A DNA stretch of 64,000 nucleotides, from the NCBI GenBank assembly GCA_965153355.1, contig OZ231126.1, positions 44,206,001-44,270,000 on the forward strand, written 5' to 3'. Numbering within the stretch: the stretch's first letter is position 1; the number at the start of each line of letters is the position of its first letter. Below the pieces are notes generated by a model. It saw nothing but the letters and a program-made list of their open reading frames with translations. It made no database searches and was not told the origin of the DNA. The DNA is from Flaccisagitta enflata (lineage: Eukaryota). Made by a program: the position numbers and the translations under genes. Below, one piece after another: positions 11,801 to 46,761 of the stretch.

Positions 11801-13110
11801 GTTCTTACTACGAAAAAATCTTGAAAGAGTATGGGTCCGCGACTGAGGTCAAACGGCGTTGTCAAACGGCGTTGTCAAACGGCGTTGTCAAACGGCGTTG
11901 TCAAAAGGCGTTGTCAAACGGCGTTGTCAAACGGCGTTGTCAAACGGCGTTGTCAAATGGCGTTGTCAAACGGCGTTGTCAAACGGCGTTGTCAAACGGC
12001 GTTGTCAAACGGCGTTGTCAAACGGCGTTGTCAAACGGCGTTGTCAAACGGCGTTGTCAAACGGCGTTGTCAAATGGCGTTGTCAAACGGCTGTTTGGTT
12101 GGTTTGGCCAGTTAGCATGCTATAATCTTTACAAATCAAATACATATGTTGAGTCCTTCCATTTAAAGACTACATACCAAGTCCTAACCAAATTGGTTGA
12201 AGAATGCCAAAGTTATGCACGTTTCTCACTTTTAGGCTGGTTGGGTAGTAGGCCGGTTTGGCCGGTTAGCATGCTAAAATCTTTACAATTCAAATACATA
12301 TGTTGAGTTCTTCCATTTAGGGACTACATACCAAATTTTAACCAAATCGGTAGAAAAATGCCAAAGTTATGCACGTTTTTCACTTTTAGGCTGGTAGGCT
12401 AGTTGGGTGGTAGGCCGGTTTGGCCGTTTAGCATGCTAAAATCTTTACAAATCAAATACATATGTTGAGTCCTTCCATTTAGAGACTACATACCAAGTTT
12501 TAACCAAATTGGGTGAAAAATGCCAAAGTTATGCACGTTTTTCTCTTTTAGGCTGGTAGGCTGGTTGGGTGGTAGGCCGGTTTGGCCGGTTAGCATGCTA
12601 AAATCTTTACAAATCAAATACATATGTTGAGTCCTTCCATTTAGAGACTACATACCAAGTTTTAACCAAATTGGTTGAAAAATGCCAAAGTTATGCACGT
12701 TTTTCACTTTTAGACTGGTAGGCTGGTTGGTCGGTAGGCCGGTTTGGCCGGTTAGCATGCTAAAATCTTTACAATTCAAATACATATGTTGAGTTCTTCC
12801 ATTTAGGGACTACATACCAAATTTTAACCAAATCGGTTGAAAAATGCCGAAGTTATGTACGTTTTTCACTTTTAGGCTGGTAGGCTGGTTGGGCCGGTTG
12901 GGTGGGTCGGATCATAACATACGCATAGGCTGCAAAGCGGCTTACCCTAATACAACTTCCCTCCAAATATGAAGCAAATCGGTCAAGGCGTTCAAAAGTT
13001 AGCCCATTTTTAAAAGTGTGGACGACAACGACGACGACGACGACAACGACGACACCCACCCGCCTCGAATTATAGTCCGCGTCGGAATGGTATTCCGTCG
13101 CGGACAAAAA
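11801..13110 (-). mobile_element. HINE family E element (variant with ~162-bp units and a 13-bp array)
   Basis: Same termini (ccgcgtcggaatggtattccgtcgcggacaaaaa at 13077-13110; gtccgcgac at ~11835) and internal units recurring about every 162 bp. Confidence 0.75.
11848..12090. repeat. 13-bp minisatellite (gtcaaacggcgtt), about 18-19 copies
   Basis: Near-perfect head-to-tail copies with no spacers, starting next to the subTIR of the family E element. Confidence 0.95.
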
Positions 13111-13735
13111 GGTGCTTGAGAAGGTGCTTAAGGCGTCCATGTGAACGTCCTCCAGGTCCCCCTTGCTCAATAACTAGCTTTAGAACCATATGAATTTATC
13201 TATCTGTTGCCTGCTGGTTTTCGCGTTCTATCACTGTCTGCGTAATAATGCAATTGAATGAGAAATAGACAGGTCAGTTTGGTTGGTCTACAGATTTCAA
13301 CAAATAACCGTATGATGGCGATTGCGGAGTAGAAATCTCGATCATTTGCCGATCAGCTACACTCATCTTAACTAAATATTCTGTTGAAACTAAACTAGAT
13401 TCTTCTGTGCGATAACACCTTTAACGCGACTATTAAGATCAAACTTAGATGAATTGTAGTGAGAACTACAGTTTAATCGAGTAGATATACAAATTAGTAT
13501 CCGGCGATGAGCACAAAACAGTAAATACTTCAACGGTTGTCACGTTAGTTCGTCGTCAAGTATAATCGGGCGAATAGAACCCTTACTAGCAAAAAGCAAT
13601 TAAATGGACTATAACAGAGAAAGGCTAACGCTGAAAGTTTCTAAACTTGGGAATGCATCATCAAATTCAACAAGGCTCACAACGACAAAACGGTTGGAAG
13701 CCCATAACTTCTGTGATCGACGTAATTCATCAAAT

Positions 13736-29231
<15,496 letters not shown>

Positions 29232-29429
29232 GGTCCAACGTGCTTCCCAACCTCAGACGGTTAATATGAGGTCGCAACCCTAATTCAACGAGATACAAAA
29301 GAGGATAGGGGTGTATTTTGAGCTTTTGAAAAACGATTTATTGAAATAATAAGGTTCCTTCCAAGACATAACATTGATGCCTAAGGGACCGGACTTGCGT
29401 GCAGGAATAACCTCATCTTAGCACAGCCT

Positions 29430-30019
29430 TATACGGTTTGATTCTTTTGGAATGCGTCATAAGAAACCTATATGTCTCCGCTCCTGAGCATTGTAGCAAG
29501 ATGCGGATTGCACCATTGGATAGAGCTCGAAAAACTATTATTTCTATGTATTTTCTGATATCATGATGCATCATGACATAAGTCTACCACAATGCCAGTA
29601 AAAACGTTGACATCTCTAACGTCAAGAAATTGGTTGTCTGATTCTCCCTCCAAAAAGGAGGAGGTCCAGTTGGTCAAAAAAATCAGCAATCAAGGGGCTT
29701 CCGTGTGATTTTCTAGTCATACTTTTGAAAATGTTTGTGTCATGATTGAGTTGGCCTCATGATCACCAATTTATTGATCAACGGATCTTCCTCATCTTTT
29801 TTAGAAGGAGAGTCAGACAGCCAATTTCGAGATGTTGAAGATGTCAATGTTTTTACTGGCTTGGTGGTAAAGATACGTCATATTGCATCATGACATCAGA
29901 AAAGACATAAGAAAAGTTTTTCGTGCTCTATCCAATGGTGCAATCCGCATCTTGCTACGATCCTCGAGGGCGGAGATATCTAGGTTTCTTATGTTGCATT
30001 TCAAAAGAATCATACTGTA
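29430..30019. mobile_element. Foldback-type MITE with long imperfect inverted repeats in CTCF intron 1
   Basis: gattcttttggaatgc..cataagaaacct...gtagcaagatgcggattgcaccattggatagagc mirrored by gctctatccaatggtgcaatccgcatcttgctac...aggtttcttatg..gcatttcaaaagaatc. Confidence 0.75.
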
Positions 30020-30697
30020 CTTCTCAACGCTTATCACCACTCGGCACAGTTCAGATAGCAACAAACCTGAATTCCTGTTCAACTTCCTCATTCTAAGGCC
30101 GAAATTACACTGTGTAACCGTCAGTTTCAAACCGAACAAAGCCCCTAAGCCTCTGAGCAACTCGAAATTGATAAGACCGCTCTAGCACTTTCGCGAGACA
30201 TAGGCTAGCGGGCAATTAGCCTTATCCAAAGTGATATTTATTGAAATGATTTGATAGATCATAATTAAGTATTTCCACATTTAAAATGTGTAGGATAATC
30301 ACTTTTTCTTTATAAGATAATCAAGGTTGCTCTTTGCTTCAACAGAGACAAAGAACTTTAGTTCAATAACGCATATTCTAATGTCAGGGGGCAAAATAAC
30401 GGAGCGAAATAAATGCGAATGTTACGGTTATCATTCCCCTCAACTTAATTTTAGACGACGCCATCTCTTCGAGTGCATGAACCGAGGCAGGCGGCGGTTA
30501 GATCGCACATATGAAAGATTCGCTCTTCCCGACCCCCTATCACTGCATTTAAACCTTCCTCCTCCAAATGAGAGACATCTTCCCCTATTCAAAAACTGGC
30601 TTTCAACCTTCACCACCAGTGCAAAGTTGTAGACAAAAATCGTGGTGTGTCACTTGTGGAAACAGTGAAAAACAGTCATTATCACGGAACAACTCAC

Positions 30698-31746
30698 CCA
30701 AATTTGGTCGACGACGAAGAATATCACCAGGAAATTGATGTAAGTTCGAAAAATAACACGCAATTAATTTATTCCTTCTTCCCTACGTGTCTTTCGTGCT
30801 CTTTTCTCGACGAAGGTTGAGAGGCGAATGAGCGATTGTGGCTCCTCGCCTCGGCTCAAACGATGCTTCGCAGGGAGGCGCTGTTTGCTCGGAGAGAAAG
30901 ATGAGGAGGAGCGCGTGTCGAGAATAGAGACCAGGAAGAGGAGAAAGAAGAAGATTAGATGATCGAATGTGGCTCGCTCGCTCGGCTAACCGTGCCGAGG
31001 TGGCGTGCTTGTCTCTTCGAAGTAAACTACCGTATTCACCTCTCTATTTTAACATATTATTTATATAAAAACTTAGATTATTCAAGTTTGATCTTAAAGT
31101 TTATTTGTGCTAATAATTTGCTTTGTCGACGTTGGGGGCGCAGTAACGAAATCCAACTTTAAAAGGGTAGCGTCGTTAACGACATACTCCATCGTTGCTC
31201 AACGCTGATTGGTTGATTCGAGTAAGAATCTCAAGTTCATTCGTCACTTTTTCGGGTTTCTTTCCAAACTCTCACGTCGCATGTTTCATTGGTCAATAAT
31301 GGTCGTTACCAATTTGAATTGGTAGACTCAAAATGTGCAACTCGACGTATGAGATGGAGTACTATACGAATAGGAAATTTTAGCGGGAGATGGCGTTGCT
31401 TTGGGTGATCGCATGGATATAATTAGTCGATGTTAGGGAAAAGCAGTACTGTGGAGTGGAATATTGTTACTCCTCTCCTTTCATAGAACTAGGCTGGATG
31501 CACGGATGCCCCAGTCGTGTGCGGAGCTGAGGGCAGGGGCAGTGATAGAGAAGGTCATTAAAGCATTTAGGCAGGAGCAGTGATTTCAAAAGGCTTCAAA
31601 ACGCCGAAAAAGGGGAAAGAGGACCGACCGACCGACCGACTGGCATTGCATGGTGTAGTCGCGAAGCACGCGACTAAAGAAAGGTGCCGATTTAACCAAA
31701 TGGCAACCGTTGATATTGTTTAAGCTCCATTACAAACCCTCTCCAG
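30698..31746. promoter_or_regulatory. Putative bidirectional promoter region shared by CTCF (-) and WDR53 (+), including the likely non-coding CTCF exon 1
   Basis: Minus-strand donor G|GTGAGT at 30697 pairs with the acceptor at 29280 upstream of the CTCF ATG; WDR53 acceptor at 31746 precedes its ATG at 31780. The stretch is CpG-rich and largely repeat-free, with inverted CCAAT boxes (~31208, ~31288). Confidence 0.6.
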
Positions 31747-31779
31747 GCTCCCTTTCTCAAATTTCCCGTGAATCAAACG

Positions 31780-37869
<6,090 letters not shown>

Positions 37870-38062
37870 GTCATTACATTGACTATATAGCATATAATTT
37901 TTATTTGTGCTCGTTAACAAAGATTTAAACATGTTGAAAGTGAGGATGAGTTTTGGCGGCTAAATTCGATACATGGAAATGGTTCAAATCGGGGCGAAAT
38001 GGGCCCAGACGAAGATGATTAACAAGGAAACAAGACAAACAATTCCTACAGAAACGATAACG

Positions 38063-39409
38063 TTATTTGCAGTCCTGTGAATGGCGTTGCAAAACATGAT
38101 ACTGCGGAGATATATTGGCGTCGGTTCCGCTTTCATCCAGTTGATGATCGCAAATATCAGATGAGGTTGATTCGGCTACAAAGTCAGTGTACAAAGGATT
38201 TGGCCTTGAGTAGTTCATCATTCCGTACGACGATGATGATGCCTCTGCTCCAGCCTCATCACCCCTATGAAGTGGTAATGGCTGAGCTTCCTCCGCTTCT
38301 TGCTCTGTTGCATCTTTCTTGGCGTTGCCTGTGAAAGGATTTGAGATACAAAATTTGGGAATCGACATTCATAAGAGACTGGGGCATTTGGGTGCTTCAC
38401 ATAGCAAAAGTTGGGAGTATCAATTCACCTTATTTAGGTAATGTGGAACAGCGAAAATCATGAAGATGATTTTTTTTTTATCTTCATCTTCCGTATTATA
38501 CAAATTATGTCTTTAATAACAACTTTCTAAGAAACAAAAGACGAACAATTTTTAATTAAAGAAAAATAATAAGTTTTTAAATTGACAACTTCATATTATG
38601 TAAGCAAGGTGAAAAGAAATAACCAACTTTTGCTATGTGAAGCGCCCAACTGGGGATGTCCCTCGTCTTTAGGAAAACAAGGTCGGATACACGGCTACCG
38701 AAGTCGCGTGCGGATGGGCAGGGGCCATATTTGAAGTCACAGACCATTTAGGCAGGAGCAGTGAGGTCCAAAAATAAAAATCAGAAAAAAAGTAAGTGGT
38801 TACCGACCGACCGACCAACCGACCGACGGACAAAGCGGGGTGTAGCGTCGCGTGCGCGCGACTAAAAACAATAATTCCCAGTTTATACCTTGGCGTTTTG
38901 CGACTTTGAGAGATTCGTATCCAGTTTTCCGATCGGTTTCTTCGGCATTAGGGCGAGGTTTTTCGTAAGACTCATAATCACCGTCAGCGCCGTCGGCGCC
39001 GTCTGTTCCTGGGAAAAGTCGCATATCTTGACTTGAGTTGCAACATTCTTTTATTGTTATATAGAGGCTTATAATCCTTGTAATGCTAAAGCAAATCGGG
39101 CTGTCATTGACATTGCATGATCTTGAATTGGACGCAGGTTGTCAATGAAATTCTAAGCTCATCTATTGTTGCTGTTAGAGGTACCTCTAGGTAGCATTTT
39201 CAGTTGCTTGTTTGGGAAATTTTGGATGAAGGAAAATTTACGGTCATTGATTGTTTGGGTGGACTGGCCCTTGGCCTTGACATTGAAATTGAAGAAAAAT
39301 TAAGTTTTTTGCAAGAAACTAATCTTACGAATGGCACTCTGCACTTGGACCAACAAAGTTCAAGATTCGCATGATATGATTTCCTTTCTCTTTCTCTTTC
39401 TCTGTTTTT

Positions 39410-39461
<52 letters not shown>

Positions 39462-41503
39462 AAACACAATCACACACACACAGAATTCCTCCTACCTGTA
39501 GCATTCAGAGATTCATAGACTTCTTCGCCGCCGCCCGCTACATCAGTCTCAACGTTGCACAATATGTAATCCGCGTCGTTATCACCCTGAAATGTTGTTG
39601 CAAAATGAATAAGTCTTATCGAAGTCAAACGTTAGATCCACATGCACCAATTCGTTGCTTTTGTTTGACAGTGTGCGCAAAAAAAAACTGCTTGAAGGTC
39701 CAGGCAATTAAGAATAGAGCAGGAGTCTAAATACAGTCGACTCCTGTCTATACTTGAGATACACTTTTTTTTTTATAAGAGACCAGTTTATAAGAGACAT
39801 GAGCCTGAGATTTGCCAAAATTTTAAGAACAAAATAAGAGAATGCCCAGGCTGAGATTCAATTTTGGTCATTTTCAAAAGAATTTTTTTTAAATTTCTGA
39901 TCTAAAAAATAAATTTTATTCAAATTTTTCAGAAATATAGGTTTTTTTTTATCTATAAAAGAACTTCCTTATTTAGCTTGCCTATGAAATCAGGCATTAT
40001 ATTAAAAAGAACCATGATAATTACCAAGTTCAAGATACTAACATCATAAATAAGGTGTTTCCGTACTATTCATATTTTAATAAACATCGAAGAAACTAAG
40101 AACACTTTAAGAGAATTTCAGGCTGAAAACAGCCCAAAATTTAAGAACACCTAGGCTGATTTCAAAAAAGTTGTCTCTAATAAAAAAAAAAGTGTAATGG
40201 GATGAACAAGCAATATTCTTTAAAAATGTATTATAGTAATATTGTCGCAGATTTAATTTTAAGCAATGTTCTTGTACATCTTCTGTTTAAAAAATGAATT
40301 TAGCAGAAAAACATAGTGTTTCCATAGTTATTAATAAAGATGAGGGATAAAATATCCTAATTTTATATCAATAAATATTTTATCTATTATTTTTTTGGCT
40401 GTTTTTTTATTATGCTTGCTCTCGTTACAATCTCAAGTCTAGTCGGAGAATACTGTATTTTCATCTACATGAAAAGTTTTATTAAATACAGTAGTATCAT
40501 ATATCATTTATGTAAATGACTACCTAGTGAGGATTGTATTTCCACATCCTGTTTGCCGGCACATGTGGTACACGTGGAATCTTCATACAAACCTGGTCTG
40601 GTTCTTCTATCATAGTCATTCTTCTTGCTCCCTTAGGAGTGATTTGATTTGATCTTTCATAAACAGATTGATAGTCCGTCCCCGCCCTGAAACATCGGGG
40701 TGATACATATTTAAAACTAGGTGTTCCACAGGGATAACTCTATTGTTGAATAGATATGAGAGTTTAATTTCATTCCTCGATGTTTCTCTAATGACTTACG
40801 GTAAAGGGTTTGAAGGATAATGATAGTTGCTACTGAGATCGCTTTCTTTTCTTTGGACGGCGGCCTTTCCCTTGACTCTGCCATCGATCGGCTCCATATA
40901 ATCTTTGAGCGTCTTGGGCGGGACTCTTGGGGACGAAGAGGACGATCCTGGCGACATCTTGGGCATAGTCACTTCAGGGTCGCCGCTTCTCATTCGAGGA
41001 TTCGAGCGTATGCTGGGAGATGATGACCGGAAATAAAAACTGGAACTCTTGTAGCCCGGGTCCGCTTCTGTATCCTGTCGATAGGATAAATTGTTATAAT
41101 ACAACTGATCATGATAAGATACGGGACATTTGAGAAAACAGGGCCAACACCTATAAGTCGCGTGCGGGACTTAAATATCATAAGATGACTTAAATTGACT
41201 TTCAATGACTCAAGATGACTTGGAATGACTCAAAATGACTTAATTAGACATAAAATGATGTAAAATGAACCATGAACCAAATGACTAAATTGACCAATTG
41301 ACTTTAATGACTGAATAAAGATTATTATGACTTAAAATGACTTGGAATGACTTATGATGACTTACAATGACCTAAAATGAATGAAAATAACTAACAGTGA
41401 TAAAAAAAAGTAACGGACGGACTGACCGACGGATAAAGCGGGTTGTAGAGTCGCGTGCACGTGACTAGAAACATGATGACTTTATCATACTTTTTATTTT
41501 TAT

Positions 41504-41592
<89 letters not shown>

Positions 41593-43028
41593 AGACTGAG
41601 ACTGACAGACAGAGAGTGAGACAGAGACAGAGAGAGTGAGACAGAAAGAGAGAGTGAGACAGAAAGAGATAGAGAGAGCCAGAGAGAGAGAGACAGACTG
41701 ACAGAGAGGGAGACAGACAGCGAGAAAGAGACAGACAGACAGCGAGAAAGAGACAGACAGACAGACAGGTAGATGGTAGAACTAGGCCGGACGGGTGAGC
41801 AGGGGTGGAAATATGTATATCTCCCACTAATTCATCTCGGACCAGCAGACAGATAAGCGGACAACCCCTTTATAGATTCGCTGGCGTAATTAGGAACACT
41901 GAGCCTATGCTTTGGAGATGATAGCCATATTACCAATTGCCGGTCGAGGTTGCGAGGTACATGAGGTTGCATTTCCTTCTGACGGAAGACCATAGAATCA
42001 GTCGGTCGTTTCCATGATGTGCGTCGGAGAAAGTCTATGTAGCCACCTTCGGGTTTTGACCCGGTTTTTGATCTGAGAGTGAAAAGTGAAATGTGAACGG
42101 CGTGAAATGGGACAAATAATCCGACCTCTCAGAGTTACATTGACAAAATCGCTAATAGTAGCGGACATTTTGTGCCATGAACGCGAGTAAAAAAATACCA
42201 CAAGAGAGATTGTTTAGTCTAAATGACTTATATTTACAAAGCTTATTTAGAAAAAGCTCGGTAAGTAGGTCTTTTGGACTATATAGTTATTTCAGTCGCA
42301 TCGTATAAATGCCCCGTCCATCCATCTGTACCCACTAAAAATGCCCAGATCAAGTCCAAATCGGTTTTTCAATGACAATGAGATTGGGCTCTAGTTATGC
42401 ATACGGAACATGAAAAATGCTTGGAAATAATGTTGCACCGAAATGCCAATTTGAGCCCATTCTAATGTGCGCCTCCCTAATTAAGTATGAATGAATGAAC
42501 GTTTTAAATATATGAACGAATGAATGTAAATAAAAGAACTAAATGAATGAATGAGTGAGTGAAAAGACTTGAGACGTGACAGGAATGAAGGAAAACATCA
42601 AAATTGGTGAGGTATTAGAGTAGGAATGAAGAAAGACGTCAGAATTAGTCGTTTTGAGCATTTCAAACGACCGACCGACCGACCAACTGATGGACGGACA
42701 GACATGACCTCTTACAGAAGTGCGAGGACACACTTAAAAATGGTCATTCACAAAAAACATTCATCTATTGATCAGTGAGATGACGCATAGTTGAATTGTC
42801 CAACATGGTCTCGTTTTTCAAAATGTGTCATAACGTTGTACCTCAATTGGGGCTTTTGGCGACGACGGTAGTAACAAACCGACAAAACGATCATCGCGAG
42901 AATGAAAATGGAGCCAACAGCAATTCCAACGGGAAGCGTAACTGAAAAAAAGCGGGTGAATAGAAGAGTAAAAGGAAAAGTTTGCGGGAATTGCAGATGC
43001 CTGGGCATTGAACAAATACATACATACA

Positions 43029-43061
<33 letters not shown>

Positions 43062-45714
43062 CTAGGCTATTTTGGGCCCCCGTTTGCTACATGCACGCAA
43101 TTGAACAAGCCTCCAGACTTAGATTTCAGCCTTGCGGAACTTAACTTTATACGATTTTAGATTCTTATGATATGATAATAAGATTTAAGATTCTTTTCTC
43201 AGCTTCACGGCTGAAATACCAGCCCAAATACTAATTTCATCCGCGAGGATTGCATCTCGGCCTTCAACTCCTATCACAGCTTCCAACACTGTTGCCAACA
43301 GGTCATCGTCTGCCTTAGGGCTACTACCCATCTCACTACCACATCCCTAGAGCTACGTACATTAACATCTAACGCTTTTGCGACCATTCTTTCTAGTATC
43401 TTTTTTCCCTTCCTTTTCATATATGATATGATATGATAAATTAATTTCAAACAAGAATTAAGAAGGTTAATTTACTCATACAGAATTGCAATCATAATTT
43501 TTTTCCATTTCCCTTTTATTTTTGCTTACCAGAAGCGTTTTTCCCCAAATGATCGCTAGTTGGTCCAGCAACCTCTTGGCATTTGTTTGTATCGGAGCTG
43601 AAAAAATGGAAAACGTTATATAAAATTATAAGGTCTTCGCTTAGCTTAGGGGACCTCGCTCATTTAGTTTAACCATTTATCCCCCCTCCTTTCGTCTTCC
43701 GTGATTTTCAATTGTGCCTTTTTTACATTTTTATGTGATTTTCTCATACTAAGTATTTATTTTTCGTTTTCTTTTTAGTTGCGGACACGCAACTCTATAA
43801 GAGGCTTTGTCCGTCCGTCGGTCGGTCGGTCGGTCGGTCGGTGAGCACGAGTCGAAAAGTGTGAAAACGCGCATTTCCGCTCCTGCCCACCCGTCCGCAA
43901 CTGGTGGCCGTGTATCCGGCCTTGTTCATTGTACAACAACTTTGGAATTTCATATTTTTTTGTTGTTTTTACATTTATCTTTCAGGAAAAAAAACTACTG
44001 ATACTTTTCTCTTGGCATTGGCAATCTTGTCCGTTACTGATTTTGTTTGCCTTGCTCTCCTCTTATTTTCAGAAAACAAGGCCGGATACGCGGCTACTAA
44101 AGTCGCGTGCCGTATTTGAGGTCGCTTGATCACTTGGGCAAGAGCAGTGAAGCCAAAGACCGCAAAAACCAAAAAAAAGTAAAGTGTGACAGATGGACGG
44201 ACGGACCGACAAAGTGGGGTGTAGAGTCGCGTAGCACGCAACTAAAAAGTTTTTTTGATATTTCATCACTCCTGACTCATTCGTGATTAGTACCTCATTT
44301 GGGTGCTTAAAAAAATATTTAAACATGTTTTTAAGATAGGAAATTATGATACATTTAGTAAAAAGTATATGCCTAAAGAATTTTGATAGTGTTTCAAAGG
44401 ACCATATTTAAGGTATGTATGTGTATGTAATGGGAGCTTACACTATATAAATGTCTATATTATTTCCAGATTTTCTTCAATTTCTGTTTCCTTTTGATTA
44501 ATTGTATGAGTTTTATGTAGGATGAAATGTTACACTTGTCACATAGCAGAAGTTGGGAGTATCCCTTCACCTTACTTAAGTAATGTGGAGGAGTAAAAAT
44601 CATAAAGATAACCATTTTCCCTTTTTCAAAATTCCTTCATCTTCCCTTTTTGTTCTGGCCTTAAAGTTCTTACAAATTTCCCAGAATTCAGCAAAATCCT
44701 GTGTAATTTTGTTACAAAAAGGACAATTATTCATTTTAAAAAATCATGATGTTGGTGAAGATAAACTAAAATATCAGAACATAGGCTATGTAAAAACTTA
44801 TGAAAGAGCAGAATAACAATTCTATCAATAGTAGAAATTTGTAGAAGCTAATTCAAACAATGTTAGCACATTGTTTTACCCCTCTGGATTATGCAAATTA
44901 GGTCCTCAAAAACAATTTTCTAAAAATAGAAGATGAACGATCTTTGATAAAAGTTGGTAAAGGTTCTAAAATTGACAACTCTACCTTAGGTAAACAGGGC
45001 GAAAAGAAACTTTTTCTATGTGAAGCTCCCTAGTACCTCATATTTCCTACATGATTCCCTAAGCAAGGGACTGGCTCTTCCACTTGGCCCTGGTTTTACT
45101 TTTTAGGTGCGCCATTGCACCTGTATATCCAGTCGTCCCCGTCGGTCGATCGGTTGGTCACACAAACGTTTGGCGACACCTGGCGCACCTATTGACCTAT
45201 TCATTTGTCAAACGGACCGACCGACCAAGCAACGGACGGACAGACATAACCTCTTACAGAGCGTGCTTTGGCGAACGTAAAAAGAATGAGCGTATCGCTG
45301 ACTGGTCAAGAACTCACTTAAATTTGGGTTTGTCCGGGTCGCACATGCATGTGCAAGGAACGTATTTATCATTGGTATCAGTTTGGCCAAGAATGGAGCC
45401 TCCAGAATGATGACAAATCAGATTAATTGTTCCTCCTCTCGCACCGCAGAATCGATTAGACGACTTTCGTTCACAGGGCGTTGCTATATGTGTAGAAAAC
45501 GAGAGAACCGGAAATAAGTGGCAGCATCTTGAGTGAAGCGGGGGGACCAACCCGAGAACACAGACAAGAGCGATTGTCCGCGCCGCTCACTTCCTTGTTT
45601 ACCTTGCAATTTTTTGACGCCTGGATCTTGATGAAAGAAACAAAAAATATCCCGCTCATCGCTCTTTTGGATGACATAAATATAACCCCGTTTTTTTGAA
45701 GCCCTCGAAGGCAT
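38063..45714 (-). CDS. Single-pass transmembrane protein with Cys-rich (lectin-/EGF-like) ectodomain and a ~335-aa tyrosine-motif-rich cytoplasmic tail; 5' end unresolved
   Basis: Phase-consistent exons (45714)-45603, 45483-45318, 43597-43530, 42941-42842, 42072-41934, 41074-40800, 40686-40593, 39586-39496, 39008-38889 and 38328-38063. Ectodomain ...PCERKSSNRFC...IC...CTCMCDPDKPKFNSDTNKC; TM VTLPVGIAVGSIFILAMIVLSVCYY followed by RRR. Possible additional upstream exon 47739-47569. Confidence 0.75.
38388..38649. mobile_element. Internally deleted copy of the 9-bp-TSD MITE (ttgggtgcttcacatagcaaaagttg)
   Basis: Both TIRs present; imperfect TSD ctggggcat / ctggggatg. Confidence 0.75.
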
Positions 45715-46502
45715 GATATATATTGTAGGAGGTGGCGGACAAAATCACGTTTTTTTTCCTGAGTTGAATGTAATTCACAAGCCGACGTGATGACTATTTT
45801 ATTCACAACTTGTTTTGTTTGAATTTTGGTTAAAACTTTTTTCATACATCTAGTTGTGTTTTCCTTAAATTTGTCAAAAAAGGCGCACCTTTTCCACGAA
45901 TTTAAAAAAAGTTTATTTTTTCTACTTCAGTTTTTGATTCATCATTCAAATTACTCGTTTGATGTCGGATTCTGAATGTTATCAAACTGCCTATCAGACA
46001 TTGAGCTGGGACAACTGTCGAATTTCTATCGAATCGAGATCATTGTCGATTTAAGTTTGAAAAGCGCAAAAAGAAAAAAAAAGGGAATGATTTTAGTGAT
46101 TTTTTTCTAATGTGGGAAAATTTGGAGATATTGGTTTTGAGGTCGTTGTTGGACAAGTCAATTTTGTGGTTAGCCTAAACGGTTAGGCTTTTTTTATGTG
46201 GCAGAAACGATAAGTCCGTTGGGCGAGGAAGAATGGATGTGGAGATTTTTGAGAGGACACAAAATTTCGAGGATGGAAGTAGGAAAAAAAACCTTTGGTT
46301 TTGAACCGTTTGTTTTCTCTCTGAATATTGAATCAAATGGAACCTTGAGAAGCCAAATTGGGGAGGTTGATTCCGTTGATCTCGTTTGAAACCGGTTATT
46401 AGTCGTTCTAGAGTTTTAAGTGAGGCGGATGATAGAAAAGTGTTTTTGGAGAAAGCAATGACGAAACTGGATGAACACGTTGAAGAACTAAGCGAAACGG
46501 AG

Positions 46503-46614
<112 letters not shown>

Positions 46615-46676
46615 GTTGATGACGAAAAACTGGATTAGGTTAACGAAATTAGTCATCGCTTCCTTAGAGACAGGAG

Positions 46677-46761
<85 letters not shown>

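Larger units (their letters stand above)
9921..13155. mobile_element. Long-TIR (~160 bp) element carrying two nested HINE family E insertions
   Basis: Left TIR 9921-~10078 (ctggaggacgttcacatggacgccttaagcacc...cagtcagtcccaattccg...) matches in inverse 11696-11800 plus 13111-13155, so the right TIR is split by the element at ~11801-13110. No TSD seen. Confidence 0.7.

Noticed and set aside
11848-12090. Regular short repeats, and the 71-bp arrays at 18481 and 48901, as possible CRISPR arrays
   Set aside because: Head-to-tail repeats with no unique spacers, no cas genes, and a eukaryotic context.
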